A DNA stretch of 62,485 nucleotides. Source: Anaerolineae bacterium (lineage in GTDB: Bacteria > Chloroflexota > Anaerolineae > JAADDB01). The notes under the pieces were generated by a model. The model was given only the letters and a program-made list of their open reading frames with translations, made no database searches and was not told the origin of the DNA. Below are positions 52,719 through 62,485 of the stretch, piece by piece (the stretch's first letter is position 1; each line of letters begins with the position of its first letter). The stretch lies in the NCBI GenBank assembly GCA_015486845.1, contig WFQU01000032.1, positions 1 through 62,485 of the forward strand. Reading direction: 5' to 3'. The position numbers and the translations under genes were made by a program.

Positions 52719-53570
52719 CTATTTGCGTTTTGGTGTTCCTTTGACTTTCTTTTTGATCTGTTTCGGCGGTGGGGAGGGGGGCGTTGGCGCACTCGGTGCC
52801 GACACATTACTGGCGGCCGCATTGGCTACAACGAGAGACCCCATTTGTTCCGTCGCTTTGTTGACGAAATATTGTTGCCCAATGCCTAAAAAGTTAGAAG
52901 TGACCCAGTAAAGGGAAAGTGCGGATGGCCATGTCAAAGTGAAATACGCAAACATCAAGCTCATCAACCACATCATTTGGTTCATCATCTTGTTTTGGCT
53001 ACTTTGTTGTCCGGTATTGGTGGTCATCCACTGCAACAGGATTTGGCTAACGACCAACAGAACTGGCATGATCAAATACGGCCAAGCGGCACTCCAGCCA
53101 CCCGGAATGGAGGGTGGAAATGGGTATAGCCATTTCAAGCCTCCTCCGATGCGGGGGAAGGAGAGATCAGGGATGAACCACCACCCTACTTGTGTTAAAA
53201 GCCCTCCTGTTGCCAGATCGCGCACGGCATAGTAGAAGCCAAAGAGAATGGGCCACTGCACTAACATGGGCAAACAACCGCCTAAAGGATTGACGCCGGC
53301 TTGTTTGTAGAGTTCTTGTTGGGCCTGCATCATTTTCTGTTGGTCTTTGCCAAATTTCTTTTTGAGCTTTTCGATCTCTGGCTGTAATTGTTGCATGCGG
53401 CGCATCGATTTCATAGAGCTGAAAGTTAGCGGCAGCGTGATCAACCGGAGAATGATGGTAACAAGAATGATTGCCCATCCCCAACTATCTGGAACGTGCA
53501 GGACCGTGAACAGATCATTCGAATATGTCATCAGGAAGACTAATGGTTCGACAAAAATGGTATGTAGCAT
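52719..53570 (-). CDS. yidC: membrane protein insertase YidC (short Gram-positive-like form)
   Basis: 283 aa, 5 TM segments, GCLPMLVQWPILF motif, basic C-terminal tail. Confidence 0.9.
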   Translation of the reverse strand: MLHTIFVEPLVFLMTYSNDLFTVLHVPDSWGWAIILVTIILRLITLPLTFSSMKSMRRMQQLQPEIEKLKKKFGKDQQKMMQAQQELYKQAGVNPLGGCLPMLVQWPILFGFYYAVRDLATGGLLTQVGWWFIPDLSFPRIGGGLKWLYPFPPSIPGGWSAAWPYLIMPVLLVVSQILLQWMTTNTGQQSSQNKMMNQMMWLMSLMFAYFTLTWPSALSLYWVTSNFLGIGQQYFVNKATEQMGSLVVANAAASNVSAPSAPTPPSPPPKQIKKKVKGTPKRK

Positions 53571-53661
53571 GTGATCTCCGTACTTTGTTTGACCAATCTC
53601 GATGAGATTAGCGGTCCGCTTTAGGCTTGTTAGATTAGCCAGCTGGCCTTAATTAGTGTCA

Positions 53662-53874
53662 CTAAGGGACAGGGTCATATCCCCCCGGATTGAACGGGTG
53701 ACAACGAGAAATTCTTTTTGCACCCATCCAGCCGCCTTTGATGACACCATATTTCTCGATGGCTTCATAGGTATAATGGGAACATGTCGGCGTGAATCGG
53801 CAACTGGGCGGAAAAGCGGGTGAGATGAAACGCCAGTAGAAACGGATGGCCTGTAACATCAATTTCTTGATCAT
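53662..53874 (-). CDS. yidD: membrane protein insertion efficiency factor YidD
   Basis: [10 protein letters not shown] motif. ATG 53874 overlaps the rnpA stop as ATGA. Confidence 0.88.
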   Translation of the reverse strand: MIKKLMLQAIRFYWRFISPAFPPSCRFTPTCSHYTYEAIEKYGVIKGGWMGAKRISRCHPFNPGGYDPVP

Positions 53875-54233
53875 GATTTTTCCACTTTTTCCGGTGTTTC
53901 GATCCAAAGACCTGCTCGCCGGAACAATGATAAAAGCATTGCCTGTAATGCCGTATAGGTTTCATCTTTAGCATCTGGTCGGGCGATGATCACTATATCC
54001 TGCCCTGGCCGAATTTGGGTAACATGATGTCGTACGATTTCTCGCAATCGTCGGCGCACTTTATTGCGCACGACTGCTTTGCCGACCCGCTTGCTGACCG
54101 AGAAGCCGAAACGGCTATGCGCTAAGTGGTTAGGCAGCACAATAATGACGCAACAGTGACTTGACCACGCACGCCCTTGTCGGCGAACTTGCACGAAACG
54201 GTCGTGTTCCCGCAGGCGTAATTGTCGTTTCAC
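53871..54233 (-). CDS. rnpA: ribonuclease P protein component
   Basis: 120 aa, basic, RNR-like motif [11 protein letters not shown], located after rpmH. Confidence 0.88.
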   Translation of the reverse strand: MKRQLRLREHDRFVQVRRQGRAWSSHCCVIIVLPNHLAHSRFGFSVSKRVGKAVVRNKVRRRLREIVRHHVTQIRPGQDIVIIARPDAKDETYTALQAMLLSLFRRAGLWIETPEKVEKS

Positions 54234-54312
54234 GGCCTCGAATTGCCCTTTCTTTTCGTGATTTTAGCCTTAACGACGTGCCGACGATAGCCCTCTGGCG
54301 CCAATGTGCTGA

Positions 54313-54450
54313 TTAGACCGCTAACTGCCTCCGCCCCCGTGCTCGACGTGCTTTGATAACTCGACGTCCGCCTTTACTGCTCATGCGTTGGCGAAAGCCG
54401 TGTACACGCTTACGTCGACGCGCTTTTGGTTGATAAGTTCGCTTAGGCAT
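54313..54450 (-). CDS. rpmH: 50S ribosomal protein L34
   Basis: [45 protein letters not shown] (45 aa) sits inside the longer ORF 54313..54582. Confidence 0.95.
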   Translation of the reverse strand: MPKRTYQPKARRRKRVHGFRQRMSSKGGRRVIKARRARGRRQLAV

Positions 54451-54673
54451 TATGCCCCTCCCCGGTAGTCTTGCTTGATATAATGTAACTGGTTTCCCAG
54501 CATAACACAACCCATGCAAAAAGGTGGAGACGTCGCGTCCCCACAAAAGAGCAATTATATGTTTGAATGGGCAAGACGTCAAATTGCTTAGGGTGCCGGC
54601 GAAGCTAAGCGGATATCCTCCTTAAGTTGACGTGTATGGGGCGCATCTCTCAATGGTTCCTTGCTATGGTGAA

Positions 54674-55825
54674 TCAGAGCAGTTGGTAGCAAAGCACTTC
54701 GTAGGCATCCGTTACCGTTTCCCAATTGTACAAATTATGGACACGGTCCAAAGCCAGACGAGCGAATTGCTCCACTTCATCCGGTGAATCCAGCAAATGT
54801 TGCAAAATTGGCTGCAGCGCTGCTGCGCCTTTCTCTCCGTCGTAAGCAAACCCGGCCGGGCCAATCGTTTCCCTGTTCTCCTCGGTGCCGTTGACAATTA
54901 CCGCATTGCCAAAAGCCATCGCCTCCAGCAGTGCCGGGTGGGTGCCGCCCACACCGGAAGTTTCTACGGAGAGGTAAGCATTGCTGCTCAGCTCGGCATA
55001 TCCTTCTCCGAAAATATATCCGGTGAAGATAACGTGCTCGCCGGCAGACGCCTTTAACTCGGCGATGTAATCCTCGGCGTATGGTGCATCGCCGACAATG
55101 ACACATTTCATATCGCTATCTATGTTTTGCCACGCTTGCACCAAATGGTGAGCGTTATTCTCCGGCACCAACCGTCCTACAAAAAGCACATATCGGCCCG
55201 CTTCCAGGCTGTATTTTTCCAGCCAGGCACCGGGGGGACGGGGCGTTACCGTAGCGCCATACGGAATGTAAGATGGTTCTATGCCGTATCGCTCCCGATA
55301 ATAGCGCTGCACGACCCTCGAATCGGTCAAGAAGGCGGAGGGGAGTCGGGTAGCCATTTTCTCGGCAAACTGGATATACTTTTTGGCTAATGTTGGCCAT
55401 TTCTGCCGCTTCCAGTCCAGGCCGTCCACGTTTAACAATGTTACCTGCCCCACCAGACGGGGAATCCAGGTCACCAAACTATTCCCGGCAATGAAGTAGA
55501 TGGCCACGTCGTATCCTTGTGTTAGCGCGTGGACAGAAGAAAGGGCCGAGTGGACAATGGTATCAAGATATTTGTTGGGGAGCGTGGGTAGGGTCACCAA
55601 CCGCATTCCTTTGTAGGTCGGTTGTCGGTAAGTGACATGATGGGCACGGTTATAAACCGTTACGTTGTGGCCGCGCGCCGCCAAACGACTGCCTAATTCT
55701 TCAACGCATGTCTCAAAGCCGCTGTAACTGGCTGGTACGCCCCGCGTGCCCAACATGGCGATCCGCAATAGCCCACGCCGGCGTCGCAGCCTGACTAATT
55801 CGCTTGGAACAATCGCTTTGCCCAT
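54674..55825 (-). CDS. glycosyltransferase family 4 (DUF1972-like N-terminus)
   Basis: IAMLGTRGVPASYSGFETCVEELG N-terminal pattern and a C-terminal GT1/GT4 EX7E-like region. Confidence 0.8.
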   Translation of the reverse strand: MGKAIVPSELVRLRRRRGLLRIAMLGTRGVPASYSGFETCVEELGSRLAARGHNVTVYNRAHHVTYRQPTYKGMRLVTLPTLPNKYLDTIVHSALSSVHALTQGYDVAIYFIAGNSLVTWIPRLVGQVTLLNVDGLDWKRQKWPTLAKKYIQFAEKMATRLPSAFLTDSRVVQRYYRERYGIEPSYIPYGATVTPRPPGAWLEKYSLEAGRYVLFVGRLVPENNAHHLVQAWQNIDSDMKCVIVGDAPYAEDYIAELKASAGEHVIFTGYIFGEGYAELSSNAYLSVETSGVGGTHPALLEAMAFGNAVIVNGTEENRETIGPAGFAYDGEKGAAALQPILQHLLDSPDEVEQFARLALDRVHNLYNWETVTDAYEVLCYQLL

Positions 55826-55837
55826 TGTACTGATATT

Positions 55838-56340
55838 CTCCTCTGAAAATAGAACGCAGATTAACGCTGATGCACGCTGATCTTAATTTTCATCCGCTGT
55901 GGTGTGTCGCAGGCTCATGATAACTCCCTTGAAAATAAAATAGGACGCAGATTAACGCTGGCTGCGCACGCAGATAAAAAATCAGGCCTTCTTTAAAGAA
56001 GTTCAACTTCTCGAAGAAGTTGAACTTTTAATTGACGGGGTTGGCCAACTTAGCGCACGGAGCTCAAAGCTCCGTGCTACGTAAATGATAAGCCCCTTAG
56101 AAAGGGGCTGGTGTTAAGCTTCGCCCGGCGATTAGAGATCGCTGCTACAACTGCGAAACCTGCCTGCGCAGGTTGCCTGCTAATCGCCGTAGGGCGATTT
56201 TGCAGAGGTTGGCGCGACTTTTAGTCGCTGGGCCGAATCGTTATCCCAGGCCCCCAATTCTGGGGGGGTGTCGCTCTCCCACCAAGGTTTGGGGATAGGG
56301 CGCATTTTCAACCGCTGTGGTAGGCACCATAGGCTCATGA
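55838..56340. repeat. mosaic repeat block R12: M1, F5, M1 variant, F7, F1, F12, F2, F3, F9 inverted, F13, F5
   Basis: Fills the spacer between two glycosyltransferase genes. The left end lies 12 nt from ATG 55825 and the right end overlaps stop 56335-56337. Confidence 0.9.
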
Positions 56341-57534
56341 TGCATCGCTCTCTGCTAATGCCCGTTCGTAGAGGGTTTCGAAAGCTGCCACGTGAGCCGG
56401 GTAGCTGTAACGTGCTAAAGCCCGCTGCCGGCCGCCTTCTCCCAACTTCTTCCGGAGTGCTGGGTCACGGGCTAAACGGACCATCGCTTGTGCCAAATGT
56501 GGAGCGGAACGGGGCTGTGCAAACAACCCGGTTTGATCGGCTACTACGATCTCCAGCGGGCCGCCGTGCGCTGTCGCAATTACTGGCCGGCCGGTAGCCA
56601 TCGCTTCCAACAAAACGATGCCGAACGGCTCCGGCGAAGTCGACGGTAGCAGTAACACGTCTAACGCTGCCATGACCCGGCTTACTGATTCTTGGTAGCC
56701 GGCCCAAATAAAACGCTTTGTCAATCCCAATGCCCGTACCCGATCCTGCAGCGGTGCTAAGATGGCTTCTTCGCCCAAAACCGGGTCGCCGACCACAACG
56801 AATTTTGCCTCTGGCACTTGCTGTGCCACTTCCGCTGCGGCCTCGATGAACAAGTCTTGCCCTTTCCAGCGATGTACCCGGCCCACCACGCCGAAAAGAA
56901 CCTCATTGTCGCTCACGCCCCAGCCCCGGCGCAGTGCACTGCCGTCTACAGAAGGATTAAATTTCTCCACGTCCACCGCGTCTGGAATGGTGACCAAGTG
57001 AGTATCGATGCTCTCCGCGTCGACTCGGATCTGATCGCGGACTGCGTTGGATATAGCCACCACCCAATCAGCATAATGGTTGAAATGATAAGCCAAAAAG
57101 CGGCGTACCGATTGGGGCTGCTCGATGATTTCGTGTACATGCCAAATGTGTGGACGGCCGGTCAAGGCGGCTGCATAAGCGCCGGGGAGCACGGCGCTGG
57201 TGTTGGAATGCACTAAGGCGACATTTTCCTGTCGGATGAGTTGCAACAATTTCCAACTGCCCCAAAGCATCCGCCGGCCTAACCCGGGCATTTGCAATGG
57301 GTGAAAATAGCGTCGCCGCAAAATGCCCATGTTCAGGCGGTAGACGGTAATGCCTTCCTCGGCCAAAGCCTGGCTCAGTGTGCCGTTATACGGCAAATCG
57401 GTGGGCACAACTACCACCGGGCGAAATTTGTTTTTGTCTAAGCGTCGTACCAGTTCGTACAAAACGACATCCGAGCCGTAAAATTCATCGCTGGAATGGA
57501 CAAAAAGGATGGTATAAGGTGCTTCAAATCGCAT
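56335..57534 (-). CDS. glycosyltransferase family 4 / group 1
   Basis: GT4 N-domain followed by LLPSTSPEPFGIVLLEAMATGRPVIAT. ATG 57534 limits the overlap with the upstream gene to 11 nt. Confidence 0.85.
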   Translation of the reverse strand: MRFEAPYTILFVHSSDEFYGSDVVLYELVRRLDKNKFRPVVVVPTDLPYNGTLSQALAEEGITVYRLNMGILRRRYFHPLQMPGLGRRMLWGSWKLLQLIRQENVALVHSNTSAVLPGAYAAALTGRPHIWHVHEIIEQPQSVRRFLAYHFNHYADWVVAISNAVRDQIRVDAESIDTHLVTIPDAVDVEKFNPSVDGSALRRGWGVSDNEVLFGVVGRVHRWKGQDLFIEAAAEVAQQVPEAKFVVVGDPVLGEEAILAPLQDRVRALGLTKRFIWAGYQESVSRVMAALDVLLLPSTSPEPFGIVLLEAMATGRPVIATAHGGPLEIVVADQTGLFAQPRSAPHLAQAMVRLARDPALRKKLGEGGRQRALARYSYPAHVAAFETLYERALAESDAS

Positions 57535-59023
57535 TGTGTACCTCGTTACCGGGAGATAATTGACTACCTCGCTCAATGAGCGCCGCATAAATCCAGGGTA
57601 GCGCCAACCAGCTTCCGTCAGTCGCTTGATAGGCCATGATCAGGAGTAAAAAGCCTAATGTCAAGCCTAATAATGGCTGTCGCCAGGTGGCCGGGGCCCG
57701 GCGTATGCGTTGGAAGGCTGCGCCAAATAGCGTCAAGAGAAAACCGGATAACGCCAATGAACCTAAAATGCCGCTTTCCTGCAGAGCCCGGAAAGTAATA
57801 TTGGAAAGCCAGGCGTCACTGCCCCTTAGCCGGCCGTGGATTTGCACGAACGTGCCCGGTCCCCAGCCTAACCACGGGAAAACTTGCCAGTCGTGGTAAG
57901 CGAAGAGCCAGTCATGCAGCCGTCCGCTGAAAGTCGAATCGTTGGCTAAATCGCCTAATGTGTGCAAACGGGCCAACAATGGGCCGTCAGCCGGCAAGAA
58001 TTGCCAGATAGATGCCACAACCAATGCACCTAACCCGACTATCCCCACGAGCCAAAACAAGCGGCGTTGCCGGACTTGTCGCTCGATCGGCAAAAACAGC
58101 CACAAAAGCAATACTACCGCGGTAAAAGAAACCCAGGCCGCCCGCGCTAAACTAAGCAATAGTCCCGATAGCGTCAATAGCGTCCCAGCTAATAGGAATA
58201 GCCACCAACGATTTTGTCCAAGCCAGGTCTGCCAGTGTGTCCGACGCTTGACGATAGTCGGAATTGGGTTCGTTATTATCTTCGGTAAGGGTGTCGAGAG
58301 CAGTAACGCTAAAAAGAAGATCGCCCAGGCTGCGTTACTGCTGCCAAAAATATTGCCCTCTTCCAATGTTCCATAGGGTATCGGCACGGGCAGAGATCGC
58401 ATCACCTGTACACCAAAAGTGATGTGGGGGTAGAATAATCGGGCGAGCAGGCCGAAGGCGGCTTCCCCGGCAGCTATGACCAGGAATGCCCGCCATGCCC
58501 ATTGCCAGTCACGATCGTCGCGCAGCAAATTGACCGTCAGTAAATAGATGGCAACCATCATGCCTAACCGGATCTGATTGCGCAACGTATCCGCATAATT
58601 GGGTGCGTGGGCAAAAGCGGCCAGTGCCAGAAGCAGCCACCAGCTCACGGCGAAAAAGCCGGGCCACGTGAGGTAAAAGCGTTTTTGGCGGCGATACAAT
58701 TGCCAAAGTAGCATGGGGGCCAACAAGAGCAAAGCTAAATGGGCCGGTCGAACGGTTACTGAGCCGACATCGAAACGTAAGCGGGTCAGCAAAGCGCTGC
58801 CCCACAATATGATGAAAGGAAGTCGCGGCCAGGCATGCCAGGTCCAGTAGATCAATACGACTAACCCTAACAGGCCTAACAGCCATAAGCAGTCAAGGAA
58901 GTGCGTTGCCGCCAAGAGTAATAACAACGGCGTCAACAAAGCGGTCGCAATGAGGAAGACGGGCAACACGCCGGGGGTGGGTGGTCGCAGTCGCCAAACC
59001 CTGAACCCGGGATCACTGTTCAT
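57524..59023 (-). CDS. O-antigen ligase/polymerase-like polytopic membrane protein
   Basis: 499 aa with about 11-12 TM segments, inside a glycosyltransferase/acetyltransferase cluster. Confidence 0.55.
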   Translation of the reverse strand: MNSDPGFRVWRLRPPTPGVLPVFLIATALLTPLLLLLAATHFLDCLWLLGLLGLVVLIYWTWHAWPRLPFIILWGSALLTRLRFDVGSVTVRPAHLALLLLAPMLLWQLYRRQKRFYLTWPGFFAVSWWLLLALAAFAHAPNYADTLRNQIRLGMMVAIYLLTVNLLRDDRDWQWAWRAFLVIAAGEAAFGLLARLFYPHITFGVQVMRSLPVPIPYGTLEEGNIFGSSNAAWAIFFLALLLSTPLPKIITNPIPTIVKRRTHWQTWLGQNRWWLFLLAGTLLTLSGLLLSLARAAWVSFTAVVLLLWLFLPIERQVRQRRLFWLVGIVGLGALVVASIWQFLPADGPLLARLHTLGDLANDSTFSGRLHDWLFAYHDWQVFPWLGWGPGTFVQIHGRLRGSDAWLSNITFRALQESGILGSLALSGFLLTLFGAAFQRIRRAPATWRQPLLGLTLGFLLLIMAYQATDGSWLALPWIYAALIERGSQLSPGNEVHNAI

Positions 59024-59745
59024 GTGTTGTCTGCCTCTGCCGGCGGGCGTCGCCAGCGAATGACCCGCGCCGGCACGCCGCCAACCACCGCATACGCCGG
59101 CACATCGGCTGTTACCACGCTGCCAGCAGCCACCACGGCACCTTGTCCCACCGTTACGCCGTCTAAAATTACTACTGTTGCGCCCAACCAGACATCATCT
59201 TCCACGACGATGCCGTGATGGGACACCCCTTGCGCTTTGATGAGGCGATCCGGGTCAGCAAAAACGTGGTTTTCGCTGTGGAAGCTCACCCGTTGGCCGA
59301 TGAGCACGTTTTGGCCGATGGTTACGCCGCCGGCCGCACCGACGAAATTATAATCGCCTAAGTTGGAATTGGCGCCAATGCGAAAACCTTTGCCCAAATG
59401 GGTCAAGATGCCAGTTGCTTCGATTATGCTGTATTTGCCGATGGAGACATTATCGCCTAACCGGACGCCTTCGCTGCTCAGAGCATCAATCCGCACATCA
59501 TCTTCGATGGTTACGCTGCGTCCTAAGTACAAATGCCGCGCATGCCAGATCTGCACCCGCTGGCCGACGAAAAGTGCCCCAGCTGCGCCGGCCACCCGCC
59601 AGCGCCAGAAAAGCAGCCCGCGCAGGAAAGCGCAACCGCGCCGCCACAGGATCGCTAACAAATCAGCACTGCCCAGCGCCGGGTCTAAGTGATAGGTCGG
59701 ATCAGATTTCAAGTGTTGAATGAGCCGTTCAATCTGTTGTTTCAT
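59020..59745 (-). CDS. left-handed beta-helix (hexapeptide repeat) acetyltransferase
   Basis: Hexapeptide repeats, e.g. [13 protein letters not shown] and [17 protein letters not shown] overlap with the downstream gene. Confidence 0.8.
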   Translation of the reverse strand: MKQQIERLIQHLKSDPTYHLDPALGSADLLAILWRRGCAFLRGLLFWRWRVAGAAGALFVGQRVQIWHARHLYLGRSVTIEDDVRIDALSSEGVRLGDNVSIGKYSIIEATGILTHLGKGFRIGANSNLGDYNFVGAAGGVTIGQNVLIGQRVSFHSENHVFADPDRLIKAQGVSHHGIVVEDDVWLGATVVILDGVTVGQGAVVAAGSVVTADVPAYAVVGGVPARVIRWRRPPAEADNT

Positions 59746-59899
59746 TTTTCACGATCCAAGTTCATGCCTTCCGCCTCGGGGAAATGGCTTGCTTGCCTAC
59801 TTTGCCGCCATCTGTTGGAACGCGCTTGATAGTACATAACGACAACTGTTAGTCAGCCAGTGCGTTTTTTGGGGCAGTTTGATTCATAGCTTGACTCGA

Positions 59900-61213
59900 T
59901 TATCGCGGCGGCCGTGGCCAATTGGGCAAGATCCAGTTAATCTGGCTGATGGGGGGCGGGGGCGCCAAAAGGTAAACATCTGTCCAGCGGTACCAGAGCA
60001 CAATATTATCCTCGTCATAACCCAAGTCGATATGCCGGCCTAAAATCTTGCCACCGGTGTCCCCTACATCACCGATGCCATAGCCGGGTACATAAATTTT
60101 GCTGCCTAACTTAATCACCCGCGGATCCACGGCCACGATCCCGTGCCGCATGTGCCAGCCCAGGTAAGTGATGCCGTACTCGGGATGGGAACGCTTTTTC
60201 CCTGACGTGGCGGCGCTGTAAGAAGTCGCCAACACTCGGAAATGGCGCCAGTAGGTAATGGGGCCGGCTGGCGTATCCAGAGTTTGCAAGACGATCTTCC
60301 GACCGTAAGCGATTTCCTTGTCTACCGGCTCTTGTGCCACCCATTGATCTTCCAAGCGGCGTTCTGCCTCGATGCCGTCCACTACCCGCACGCGATACCG
60401 TTTGCGCTTGATGCCTACTACTCCGGGCTGGCGCACTTGCTTCCGATCGATGAGCATCTTGTCATCCGGGACATAGATTGTCTTGTACGGAATTATTTCG
60501 TCTTCAAGCTTGATCTTTTCCTGAATGCGCTGGACGCGAATAACTATCCCGGCAGTAAGCGGCGTGTCCAACGTGGGGGAAACGACATCCATGCCCATAA
60601 TGGCCATTCCTGCCTGGCTCAAGGCTGCCCCTACGTTGGGTTGTATGCTCCGGGTCATAATCATTTTCTGATCTGCGTAAATGGTGATAGGTACAGAACG
60701 GCGCCAGAAAACGTGTAAGCCGTCACTGGTGAGCGTGTGCAACGGAGGACGTATTTCGTCTTGGGGGAAAAAGGAAATGCCAGCTTTATGCAGGGCGTCC
60801 CCAACTGTTGTTGCCGTTGTTTCTATCTGCTGCACGTTGTTCCCCTCGTGCAAGTAAAGGGTTACGGCCCGATGCACGTCCACGTGGAGCAACGGCGCAG
60901 CGGTTCCATTGCCGTGCCAGATAGGACTGGGTGGCGTTGGCGTGGGCTCTATTCGCGGTAAGGTGGCGTCTGGGGGGAACGGCGTCTGCTGCACTAAGAC
61001 GATATCCTGTGGGCGTAGTCGTATGCCGGCAGAATGCAACAAATCCCGCACTGTTGGGGCGGTGCTGCGGATAATTTGTTCCTGGCCATCAGCTTTGATT
61101 TGTACCCAGCGCGGGGGGAGGGCCGTGCCCGAAAAGACGACGTTTTCTATTCCCAAGCCGGGCATTATATTAAAAAAGAACCACAATGCGGCAATGGTTG
61201 CCACTAACCGCAT
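59900..61213 (-). CDS. YabE-like cell-wall protein: DUF348 repeats, G5 domain and 3D (RlpA-like) domain
   Basis: N-terminal TM. DUF348-like TVRDLLHSAGIRL and TVGDALHKAGISF. G5-like segment. 3D motif GIVAVDPRVIKLGSKIYVPGYG...DTGG. Confidence 0.7.
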   Translation of the reverse strand: MRLVATIAALWFFFNIMPGLGIENVVFSGTALPPRWVQIKADGQEQIIRSTAPTVRDLLHSAGIRLRPQDIVLVQQTPFPPDATLPRIEPTPTPPSPIWHGNGTAAPLLHVDVHRAVTLYLHEGNNVQQIETTATTVGDALHKAGISFFPQDEIRPPLHTLTSDGLHVFWRRSVPITIYADQKMIMTRSIQPNVGAALSQAGMAIMGMDVVSPTLDTPLTAGIVIRVQRIQEKIKLEDEIIPYKTIYVPDDKMLIDRKQVRQPGVVGIKRKRYRVRVVDGIEAERRLEDQWVAQEPVDKEIAYGRKIVLQTLDTPAGPITYWRHFRVLATSYSAATSGKKRSHPEYGITYLGWHMRHGIVAVDPRVIKLGSKIYVPGYGIGDVGDTGGKILGRHIDLGYDEDNIVLWYRWTDVYLLAPPPPISQINWILPNWPRPPR

Positions 61214-61337
61214 TAACTTTGTTCTACTATCCCTTTTGATGTTTCTTCCTCCGAAAATTACTGGCGCATAGCCCTAACCTACCGGCACGCAGGCGCTGAG
61301 TGTCGAGAATATTCTTATTCGTTGTAGCCGAGCCAAT

Positions 61338-61961
61338 TCAATGCCCGGCGGCTGGTGGCTTGCGCCCCACAATGCTGGTCACAGCCTTGATTTGATCTTC
61401 TTGCCAATAGTTCAGTTCACGCTGGTCGATAATCGTCCAGTCGGAAAGCCATTGCCGCAATTCGCCAGGCCTCAGCATGTGTTTAGGGTCCATACCAGGC
61501 CGGAAATTGTGCCAGGCTTCGTTGAACGTTTCGTAAATGATCAAGCCATCTGGCTTGATCCATGTTTTTAGTGCCGGCGCTTTCTCCCGTTCCCAAAAGG
61601 AAAAGCCAACCAGCAAATCGAAACTATGCGGCGGGAAAGCTAATTCACGTACATCGCTCAGCACGAACAGGATTTGGTCCAATACACGGGCTGCCCCGGC
61701 GCGATGTTGTGCCCCTTGCAGCGCTCGCCGGCTGATGTCCGTTGCAATGACTCGGTAACCGCGTTGAGCTAACCAGACTGCATCCCGGCCCAGGCCACAA
61801 GCGATTTCCAGGGCGATGCCGCCTTTCAGAACAGCGTGATGCGCCACAAGCCATTGGTGGGCCTCACTGCGTTTTATGAATGGCAACTTTTCTTGGTACC
61901 GTTTATCCCATTTCTGTTGAATAACGCTACTGTCGGCCACATTACACTCCCCGGCAAACAT
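61338..61961 (-). CDS. class I SAM-dependent methyltransferase
   Basis: ALEIACGLGRDAVWLA SAM-binding motif, 207 aa. Confidence 0.75.
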   Translation of the reverse strand: MFAGECNVADSSVIQQKWDKRYQEKLPFIKRSEAHQWLVAHHAVLKGGIALEIACGLGRDAVWLAQRGYRVIATDISRRALQGAQHRAGAARVLDQILFVLSDVRELAFPPHSFDLLVGFSFWEREKAPALKTWIKPDGLIIYETFNEAWHNFRPGMDPKHMLRPGELRQWLSDWTIIDQRELNYWQEDQIKAVTSIVGRKPPAAGH

Positions 61962-62054
61962 AAAAACCTTGTCAAACCTCTTATTATAAGGAGATCATGC
62001 TTCTTAACCAAAAGAGAGCCTGCTTGAGCAAGCAGTTCCGAACGTCTCCTCTGA

Positions 62055-62485
62055 AAATCAGTTGACGCGGCGGCGCAAAGGCGCAGAGCGTCTAAAAAAA
62101 TTAGGCCTCCTTTAAGAAGTTCAACTTCTTGTAACTGTTTAGGCCCAAGCAGGTGGCAGGAAGAACGCCAAGGGTAGCCGACGGCAGTGCCGTCGGCTAC
62201 CCGCACCCACCCCCGTCGGCTACCCGCACCCGCCCTCAGTCACAGTGCAAAAAACTGCCTATTTGCATGCCAAGCGGGAAGACCTGAACAGTTACGACTT
62301 CTCGCAGAAGTTGAACTTCTAAGCCATCGCCAACGCTGCTGCGCTGAGGGAGACGATCTCGGCTTTACCAGGACTTGTGATGATACAGCGTTGGCCGACT
62401 TAGCGCACGGAGCTCAAAGCTCCGTGCTACGTAAATGATAAGCCCCTTAGAAAGGGGCTGGTGTTAAGCAGCCTCTTGGCAGAGG
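62055..62485. repeat. mosaic repeat block R13: M1/F7, F1 left arm, 177 bp nested insert, F1 right arm, F12, F2, F3; cut by the window edge
   Basis: Module matches to R3, R7 and R12. F1 arms at 62116-62129 and 62307-62319. Confidence 0.9.

Noticed and set aside
54451-54673. Possible oriC or DnaA-box cluster upstream of rpmH
   Set aside because: I saw no TTATCCACA-like 9-mers or AT-rich unwinding element by eye. The spacer is short and leads straight into a glycosyltransferase gene.
61962-62054. 22-codon plus-strand ORF (ATG at 61997) preceded by AAGGAGA
   Set aside because: The SD-ATG spacing is only 2 nt, the ORF terminates inside a repeat module, and the sequence more likely belongs to the 5' region of the divergent methyltransferase gene.

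Overview
This is a 62.5 kb chromosomal segment from a moderately GC-rich bacterium. The gene content (bacterial Elp3, PdtaS/PdtaR, PT-rich linkers, LysM/FG-GAP and C25 surface proteins) fits Chloroflexota best, but that is inference only. I call about 49 protein genes and one tRNA-Pro(GGG). Most are housekeeping: sufR-sufCBDSU-sufT, glyA, rsmG, rsmE, prmA, ask-asd, acpP, type-2 IDI, rpmH-rnpA-yidD-yidC-jag, a cold-shock protein, two DNA glycosylases, mgsA and a glycosyltransferase/O-antigen-ligase-like envelope cluster. I saw no transposase, integrase, CRISPR array or recognisable defence gene. The most notable feature is non-coding. Almost every long intergenic spacer (at least 14 loci, roughly 4 kb by my coordinates) is built from a shared set of at least 12 short hairpin-forming modules. 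The modules are concatenated in a conserved collinear order (a BIME/REP-like mosaic). They show compensatory stem substitutions and nested insertions, a 230 bp inverted pair brackets a 5 kb two-gene segment, and some module ends lie flush against start or stop codons. Secondary points are listed below:
- A divergent Elp3/Trm9-like gene pair suggests an archaeal/eukaryotic-type xcm5U34 tRNA pathway.
- An orphan HerA/YjgR-like ATPase carries a coiled-coil tail.
- There is a 1645 aa C25 (gingipain-like) multidomain protein.
- A LysM/FG-GAP protein contains an internal duplication of about 360 aa.
- pdtaS and pdtaR are split by a 640 bp repeat-filled spacer.
All family assignments come from motif recognition by eye. 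No database search was run.
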